In this document: piece by piece, positions 57,527 to 64,000 of the stretch
Layout of the letters: each line of letters starts with the position of its first letter
Numbering within the stretch: the stretch's first letter is position 1
NCBI GenBank assembly: GCA_963813815.1
Contig: CAWFAD010000008.1
Span: 160,001 to 224,000 of the forward strand
Length of the DNA: 64,000 bases
Direction of reading: 5' to 3'
Origin: an uncultured bacterium
GTDB lineage: Bacteria > Krumholzibacteriota > Krumholzibacteriia > Krumholzibacteriales > Krumholzibacteriaceae
Position numbers and translations under genes: made by a program
The notes under the pieces: generated by a model
Databases searched by the model: none
What the model saw: only the letters and a program-made list of their open reading frames with translations
Told to the model about the DNA's origin: nothing

Positions 57527-58690
57527 ATGAAACGAGGCACGACGGGCAGATATGAGATTTCGAGCGCCGGAGGCGAATCGGTTCGCGCCTTCGTGCCCCG
57601 CCCGCTGCCGCCGTCCCCACCCCTCAAATTGGACGGCGCGCTCAACGAGCGGCTCGAGGAAGCGCACCTCGCTCTCGGGAGGCTCGACGGCATCTCGAGC
57701 CTTCTCCCCGACACCTCGCTCTTTCTCTACTCCTACGTGCGAAAGGAAGCCGTTCTATCGTCACAGATCGAGGGAACGCAGTCCTCTCTTTCGGATCTTC
57801 TTCTGTTTGAGATGCGCGGCGCTCCGGGCGTCCCGCTCGACGACGCGCTCGAGGCGTCCAGCTACGCAGCGGCGATGGAGCTCGGTCTCCGAAGGCTCAA
57901 GGGTGGCTTCCCGCTCAGCAATCGTCTCATCCGCGAGATGCACGCGAAGCTTCTCGAGCGCGGACGCGGGAGCGAAAAGGAGCCGGGACGTTTTCGGCGG
58001 AGCCAGAACTGGATCGGCGGAACGCGTCCGGGAAACGCCGCATTCGTGCCGCCGCCGCCGCACGCGGTGGCCGACTGCATGTCGGAGCTCGAGAAGTTTC
58101 TTCACGGCCGCCGGGGGCGGCTCCCGGCGCTCGTTCGAGCGGGGCTCGCGCACGCGCAGTTCGAAACGATCCACCCGTTCCTCGACGGAAACGGCCGCAT
58201 CGGTCGCCTTCTCATTACGCTGCTGCTGTGCCAGGCGGGCATTCTCGGGGAACCGCTGCTCTACCTCAGCCTCCACTTCAAGCAGCACAGAGACAAATAC
58301 TACCGCCTCCTCGGCGAGGTTCGCACGACGGGCGAATGGGAAGCCTGGCTCTCGTTCTTCCTCAACGGGGTTCGCCTGACCGCTGACGGCGCCGTCGCGA
58401 CGGCCCGCAGGCTCCTCGATCTTTTCGAGAGGGACGAAAAGCGCATCCGCGCCCGCGGCCGCGCGGCGAGTTCGGCCGTGCGCATCCATCGGGCGCTCCG
58501 GGCGAGGCCCGTTATCTCTCTGCGGGAGGCCGCCGCCAGGGCCGGGGTTTCGTTCCCCACCGCCTCGGCGGCGATGAGCCTTCTCCAGGAGCTCGGCGTC
58601 GCCCGGGAGCTCACGGGGAAAAGACGCGACCGCCTGTTCCTGTACTCGCGCTACGTCGAGATTCTGAGCGAGGGGACGGAGCCGCTGTAG
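57527..58690 (+). CDS. Fic family protein (class II, N-terminal inhibitory helix) with a C-terminal winged helix
   Basis: Catalytic motif HPFLDGNGRIGR, inhibitory motif SSQIEG, and an HTH-like C-terminus (SLREAAARAGVSFPTA). Confidence 0.93.
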   Translation: MKRGTTGRYEISSAGGESVRAFVPRPLPPSPPLKLDGALNERLEEAHLALGRLDGISSLLPDTSLFLYSYVRKEAVLSSQIEGTQSSLSDLLLFEMRGAPGVPLDDALEASSYAAAMELGLRRLKGGFPLSNRLIREMHAKLLERGRGSEKEPGRFRRSQNWIGGTRPGNAAFVPPPPHAVADCMSELEKFLHGRRGRLPALVRAGLAHAQFETIHPFLDGNGRIGRLLITLLLCQAGILGEPLLYLSLHFKQHRDKYYRLLGEVRTTGEWEAWLSFFLNGVRLTADGAVATARRLLDLFERDEKRIRARGRAASSAVRIHRALRARPVISLREAAARAGVSFPTASAAMSLLQELGVARELTGKRRDRLFLYSRYVEILSEGTEPL

Positions 58691-58873
58691 AGAGGGGCAT
58701 CTCGCCTGTTTGCAGGCCCTTCGCCGGCGCCGCGCCTCCGCGCGCCCAAGGCGGCCGCGCGAATATTTAGTTGAAAAATTCCGCCATCTCTTGTAATTTC
58801 AACTCATAGCGTTTTCGAGCGAACTGACCGAATCATAACCGACTATCGCTCACCCACCGGGAGGAATCCTTCT

Positions 58874-60652
58874 ATGGAAATGCTTCTCTCCGGAAACGAG
58901 GCCGTCGCGCGCGGGATGTACGAGCACGGCGGCGAGTTCGCCTCGGCGTACCCGGGCACCCCGAGCACCGAGATCCTCCAGACGATCGCGCGCTTCTTCA
59001 AGGACGACGTCTACGCGGAGTGGTCGACCAACGAAAAGGTCGCGCTCGAGGTGGCGGTCGGGGCGAGCTACGGCGGCGCGCGCTCGCTCGCCGCGATGAA
59101 GCACGTGGGCGTGAACGTCGCGGCCGACCCGCTCATGACGCTCTCGTACACGGGGGTCGGCGCCGGGCTCATCCTCGTGAGCGCGGACGACCCAAGCCTC
59201 CATAGCTCGCAGAACGAGCAGGACAACCGCTGCTTCGGCAAGTTCGCCTCTATCCCCGTGCTCGAGCCGGCCGACAGCCAGGATTCGCTCAATATGGTCA
59301 AGGACGCCTTCGAGATCAGCGAGAAGTTCGACACCCCGGTCCTCTTCCGGATGACGACGCGGATCTCGCACTCGAAGGGGCTCGTCAAGATCGGCGAGCG
59401 GCGCAAGGCCGAGCACGCCGGGTTCGAAAGGAACATCGCCAAATACGTCATGGTCCCCTCGAACGCCGCGGTGCGCCATCAGCTCGTGATCGAGCGCCTC
59501 GAGGCGCTCAAGGTCTTCGCCGAAACGACCCATCTCAACAAGGTCGAGATGGGCGACCACAAGGTCGGCATCATCACGGGGAGCGTGGCCTACCAGTACG
59601 CGAAAGAGGTCATGCCGAAGGCGAGCTTTTTGAAAATCGGCCTCGGCTATCCCCTGCCAATGAACAAGATCATGGACTTCGCGCGGGAGGTCGAGCGGCT
59701 CTTCGTCGTCGAGGAGCTCGAGCCCTTCTACGAAGAGCAGATCCTCGCGGCGGGGATCCCGTGCGAGGGGAAGAAGTGGTTCTCGAACTTCATGGAGCTC
59801 AATGTCGAGCGCGTGCGCGACGGATTCATCGCGGCGGGCGTGCTCCCGAAGAGCGCCGCGCCCGCGAAGCAGGCCGAGGAGAAGGTGCTCCCGCGGCCGC
59901 CGGTGCTGTGCCCGGGATGCCCGCACCGCGGCGTCTCGATGGCGCTTCGCAAGCTCGGCGTCGTCGTGACGGGGGATATCGGCTGCTACACCCTCTCGGC
60001 GCTCCCGCCGCTCGAGACCGTGGACACGTGCCTCTGCATGGGGGCCTCGATCAGCCACGCCTTCGGCATCGAGAAGGCGAAAAAGACGAAGAAAAAGGCC
60101 GTCGCCATGATCGGCGACTCGACCTTTCTCCATAGCGGCATCACGGCGCTCGCGAACGTTGTCTACAACAGAGGCGAGACGACGACGATCATCGTCGACA
60201 ACCGCATCACCGCCATGACGGGCGGGCAGGACCACCCGGGGACGTCGAAGACGCTCATGGGGGAGCGGACGAACGCCGTCGATCTCGAGGCGATCTGCCG
60301 CGCGGTCGGCGTGGAGCACGTGCGGAAGATCGATCCCTACGATCAGGAAGCGACGCTCGCGATTCTCAAGGAGGAGGTCGAGCGGCCCGCGGCGTCGGTC
60401 GTCATCACGACGCGGCCGTGCATGCTCTTCCCGAGCAAGATAAAGACGGTCAGGACGTTCCGCATCCTGCTCGACAAGTGCACGGCCTGCGGCGCCTGCT
60501 TCCGAATCGGGTGCCCGGCGATCTCGACGGCGGAGGAGAAGAACGAGAAGGGGCGGCCGAAATCGCTCATCGACCCCGAGCTCTGCACGGGATGCTCGCT
60601 CTGCTTCCAGGTGTGTCCGAGCGAAGCGATCGTCGAAGTGAAGAAGGCATAA
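58874..60652 (+). CDS. iorA: Indolepyruvate:ferredoxin oxidoreductase, alpha subunit
   Basis: LSGNEAVARG, YPGTPSTE, KHVGVN, RPPVLCPGCPH, GDIGC and the GDSTF TPP motif. C-terminal 2x[4Fe-4S] motifs. Confidence 0.95.
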   Translation: MEMLLSGNEAVARGMYEHGGEFASAYPGTPSTEILQTIARFFKDDVYAEWSTNEKVALEVAVGASYGGARSLAAMKHVGVNVAADPLMTLSYTGVGAGLILVSADDPSLHSSQNEQDNRCFGKFASIPVLEPADSQDSLNMVKDAFEISEKFDTPVLFRMTTRISHSKGLVKIGERRKAEHAGFERNIAKYVMVPSNAAVRHQLVIERLEALKVFAETTHLNKVEMGDHKVGIITGSVAYQYAKEVMPKASFLKIGLGYPLPMNKIMDFAREVERLFVVEELEPFYEEQILAAGIPCEGKKWFSNFMELNVERVRDGFIAAGVLPKSAAPAKQAEEKVLPRPPVLCPGCPHRGVSMALRKLGVVVTGDIGCYTLSALPPLETVDTCLCMGASISHAFGIEKAKKTKKKAVAMIGDSTFLHSGITALANVVYNRGETTTIIVDNRITAMTGGQDHPGTSKTLMGERTNAVDLEAICRAVGVEHVRKIDPYDQEATLAILKEEVERPAASVVITTRPCMLFPSKIKTVRTFRILLDKCTACGACFRIGCPAISTAEEKNEKGRPKSLIDPELCTGCSLCFQVCPSEAIVEVKKA

Positions 60653-60665
60653 GGAGAATATCGAC

Positions 60666-61247
60666 ATGAAGAACGGTACGACAAACGTGCTGATCGTCGG
60701 CGTGGGCGGACAGGGCGTGCTGCTGGCGAGCGAGATGCTCTGCGAGGTCGCGAAGGTGCTCGGCCTCGACACGAAAAAGAGCGAGGTCCACGGGATGTCG
60801 CAGCGCGGCGGGGTCGTGACGAGCCACGTGCGCTTCGGGAAAAAGGTCTACTCCCCGCTCATCGCCGAGGGGGAGGCGGACGTCATTCTCGGCTTCGAGA
60901 TCGCCGAGGCGCTCCGGTGGGTGCACTATCTCAGGCCCGGCGGCACGATCATCGTGAACGAGCAGAAGATAGTCCCGCCGATCACGACGACGGGCAAGTT
61001 CAGGTACCCCGAGAAGGTCGAGGAAGCGATACAGAAACGCGTGCCGAACACGAAGGTCATCGACGCCTACGCGATCGCCCAGAAGCTCGGCAACACGCGC
61101 CTCGTGAACACGATACTCCTCGGCGTTCTCAGCAACGCCATAGACCTCGAGCAGGAGAAGTGGCTTCAGGTGATCGACCGGATGGCCCCGAAGGGCACGG
61201 GCGAGATCAACAAGAAGGCCTTCCTCGAGGGCCGGGCGCTCAGCTGA
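60666..61247 (+). CDS. iorB: Indolepyruvate:ferredoxin oxidoreductase, beta subunit
   Basis: GVGGQG, SEVHGMSQRGG.V.SHVR and N...LG...N.KAF. Confidence 0.95.
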   Translation: MKNGTTNVLIVGVGGQGVLLASEMLCEVAKVLGLDTKKSEVHGMSQRGGVVTSHVRFGKKVYSPLIAEGEADVILGFEIAEALRWVHYLRPGGTIIVNEQKIVPPITTTGKFRYPEKVEEAIQKRVPNTKVIDAYAIAQKLGNTRLVNTILLGVLSNAIDLEQEKWLQVIDRMAPKGTGEINKKAFLEGRALS

Positions 61248-61253
61248 CCGCGT

Positions 61254-64000
61254 CTACTTGCTCTTGTCGGGATAGGGCGGCGGCGGCGCGATGGTCGCCG
61301 GCTGCTTCTTCATGAGCTCCTTGATTTCCGCTATCGCCCGGTCGAGCTGATCGTCGGCGCCGGCGAACTCGCGGGCCGGGTCGTTGTCGACCATGATGTC
61401 GGGCTCGACGCCCACGCCCTCCATGATCCATTCCTTGCCATCGACGTCGTAGCGGGAGAACTCGGGCCGGTTCAAGAACCCGCCGTCGAGGAGCGGGAGC
61501 GAGCCGCGGATGCCGACGACCCCGCCCCACGTGCGCTTGCCGATCACGGGGCCGAGGCGGTGCTTCTTGAACCGGTACGCGACGATGTCGCCGTCAGAGG
61601 CCGAGAACTCGTCCACGAGGAGCACCTTGGGCCCCAGCACCATGCCGTCGGGATCGGGGGCCGGCGCCGCGTTGCGCGAGATGTCGATCATCGCGACCTC
61701 GCGGCGGAGCCGCTCGATGATTTGCGATGAGACGTTCCCGCCGCCGTTCCCGCGAGCGTCGACGATGAGGGCATCCTTCCGAAGCTGCGGGTAGTAGTAT
61801 TTCACGAAGGCGTTGAGGCCGTAGACGCCCATGTCGGGAATGTGAACGTAGCCGACTTTTCCATTCGTGGCCTTCGCGACCTTCTCGATGTTGCCCTGAA
61901 CCCAGCGATAGTAGTAGAGCTCGCCCTCGTCATTCGTCGGGACGACGACCGTCTCGCGGCTCCCGTCGACCTTGGGCGCCGAGCCGAGCCGCAGCGTCAC
62001 CTGTTTGCCGGCCTTGCCGACGAGCGCTTCGTAGAGATCGGGAATCGCGTTCGCCGGCTTGCCGTCGACCGCGAGGATGTAGTCGCCCTCGCGCGCCGTC
62101 ACGCCGATCTCGGTGAGGGGCGAGCGGAGGCCTTGGTCCCAATTCTGCCCCTCGAGGATCTCCTTGATGCGGTAGTAGCCCGTGGCCGCGTCGCGCTCGA
62201 TGCGGGCGCCGAGGAGGCCCGTCGGGATGCGCTCGGGGCGGGGGTAGTCGCCGCCGCCCACGTAGGCGTGGCCCACGGAGAGCTCGGAGATCATCTCGCC
62301 TATGATGTAGGTGAGGTCCGCGCGGTGGTTCACGAACGGGAGGAGCGGCTCGTATTTGTCGCGCATCCCTTTCCAGTCGACGCCGTGGAGGTTCGGGTCG
62401 TACACGAAATCCCTCATCTGCCGCCAGCACTCGCGGTAGATCTGATCCCACTCGGCGCGGCGGTCGAGATTGACCTGCATGTTCGAGAGGTCGAGCTTGT
62501 CCTTGACCTCGAGCTTCGCCGAGGGGAGATCGACGATGGCGTAGCCGCCCTCGAGCGCGACGAGCATCTTTTTGCCGTCCGATGAGATCTCGAAGCCGCG
62601 GAGCTCGCCGATCTCGGTTTCCTTGCGCTCGTCGAGGTCGTAGACGAAGAGCTTCGCCTTTTCGTCGCGGCTGCCGTTGCGGTTGTAGTAGAGCTTGGCG
62701 CCGACGGACTGGATGCCCCGGTAGTTCGACGGAGAAATCGGGAGCGCCGCGACGCGCGACTGAATCCCCTCGGCGTCCACCTTGACGGCGGGCTTCGCCT
62801 CGGGCTCTTTGCCCTTGTCGCCGTCTTTCTTGTCGGCTTTCGTCCTTGGCGGAAGCCTTCTCCGCCTCGCCCACGCTCACCTCGTCGCTCTTCGGCTCGA
62901 AGGGGGATTTCGTGTCGGCGGCGAGGGTGACGAGGTAGATGCCGGCGAGATCGCGATAGATGTGGTTCCACTCGAGCTGCCCGTAGCTCGGCGAGAAGCT
63001 GCGGTCCGAGATGAAGAAGAGGTACTTGCCGTCGGAGCTGAAAGCGGGCTCGTAGGAGTTGAACCAGCCGTCGGTGACCTCGATCGTTTTCTTCGAATCG
63101 ACGCCGTAGAGCTGGATCGTCGCCATCTGGGTCTCTTCGGGCCTCGCGTACGCGATCCATTTGCTGTCGTGGGACCAGCAGTAGTCGCCGAACTCCCACA
63201 CCGTCGCCTGCGCGACGAGCGTGACCTTGCCCGATTCGACGTCGACGTACTGGAGGCGGAGCTTCTTGTCGGCCCAGAGGAGCTTCTTGGAGTCGGGCGA
63301 CCAGAGGACGCGGTACTTGTAGGTGTCGCCGCCCTTCGTGAGCTGCCTCGCGGGCGCGCTCCCGTCCTGCGGCATGAGCCAGAGCTCGTCCTCGCCCGTG
63401 GCGTCGGAGACGAAGGCGATCCACTTGCCGTCGGGGGACCATTTCGAGCTGCGCTCGTGGACGCCGGGGGTCGAGGTGAGGTTTCGCGTGTTGCCGTGCT
63501 TTGTGGGAACGGTGAACACGTCGCCGCGCGCGCCGAAGAGGGCGCGGGCGCCGTCGGGGGCGATCTCGAAATTGGTGATCTCTTTGTCGACGCTCCGCAG
63601 GCCGCCGCGGCCCGAGGCGAAGTCCTCGACGATCGAGATAGAGAGCTTTTTCGTCTCGCCCGAGGCGAGGTCGTGGCGGTAGATGTACCCGCCATTTTCG
63701 AAAACGATCGCTTTGTCCCCGAGAGAGGGGAACTTGACGTCGAACTCGGCGAACTCGGTGAGCCGGCGAGTCTCGCCGGAGCCGAGATCGTGGACGTAGA
63801 GGTTCATCTTCTTGTTGTCGTCGCGGTCCGAGAGGAAGTAGATCTTGCTCCCGCTCCACATCGGGAAGACGTCTTGAGCGGGATTGCTCGTGACGTTGGT
63901 CGTGGCCTTGGTCGCGAAATCGTATATCGAGATGTCGTCGGCCTGACCGCCGCGGTAGCGCTTCCACGTGCGGAACTCGCGGAAGACGCGGTTGTAGGCC
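61254..64000 (-). CDS. Second tricorn protease (S41), 5'-truncated by the window edge, with one frameshift near 62840
   Basis: WKRYRGG near 63960 and propeller repeats. The C-terminal part has GHAY, PDZ, SASDGD and GKRTWGG. The frame switches inside the K/D/E-rich linker (...AKDE / KADKKDGDK...). Confidence 0.88.

Noticed and set aside
3586..61247. Selenocysteine read-through at other TGA stops (apgM, dapB, ALDH, M1 peptidase, GT4, iorB)
   Set aside because: Each TGA falls at the expected family C-terminus, with no redox-motif context and with another gene immediately following.
1..64000. Many long overlapping or antisense ORFs in the track (for example 2230-4935, 26309-29827, 30745-32898, 58850-60772)
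   Set aside because: These are Arg/Ala/Pro-rich shadow frames expected in very GC-rich DNA. Each overlaps a gene with clear family motifs.

Overview
This is a gene-dense, very GC-rich bacterial chromosomal window with about 47 CDS. I found no rRNA, tRNA, CRISPR array or transposase. Two secreted proteins end in a 'QNxPNPFNPSTT' FlgD-Ig/T9SS-like domain, which suggests an FCB-group lineage such as Ca. Krumholzibacteriota or Eisenbacteria (inference only). Housekeeping and central metabolism genes: nth, apgM, dapA/dapB, nadE, glgC, pckA, pyk, sodB, iorA/iorB. There is a large exported proteolysis set (an M16 pair, an M1 peptidase with a barrel-like tail, two tricorn S41 proteases), plus several outer-membrane proteins and regulators (ArsR, Lrp, BlaI/BlaR). 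The main finding is a gene missing from the ORF track: a 70-codon DUF1858-like protein (6673-6885, minus) with an in-frame TGA in a C-x-x-U motif, followed by a bacterial SECIS-like hairpin. It is a probable selenoprotein and lies in an apparently autoregulated arsR-trxA-selenoprotein redox operon. Other notable items: (1) an Lrp / PLP gamma-lyase / homoserine dehydrogenase / aldehyde dehydrogenase operon converging on dapAB, whose Hom carries a histone-H1-like tail; (2) two thiolases lacking the usual catalytic Cys, clustered with two DUF35 proteins; (3) a candidate ~190-nt sigma54-type ncRNA at about 40.6-40.75 kb; (4) an internal ribosome-binding site in the BlaR-TonB gene; (5) several apparently leaderless genes; (6) two frameshifted secreted-protein genes that may be pseudogenes or assembly errors. 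All family assignments come from motif recognition by eye, not from database searches.
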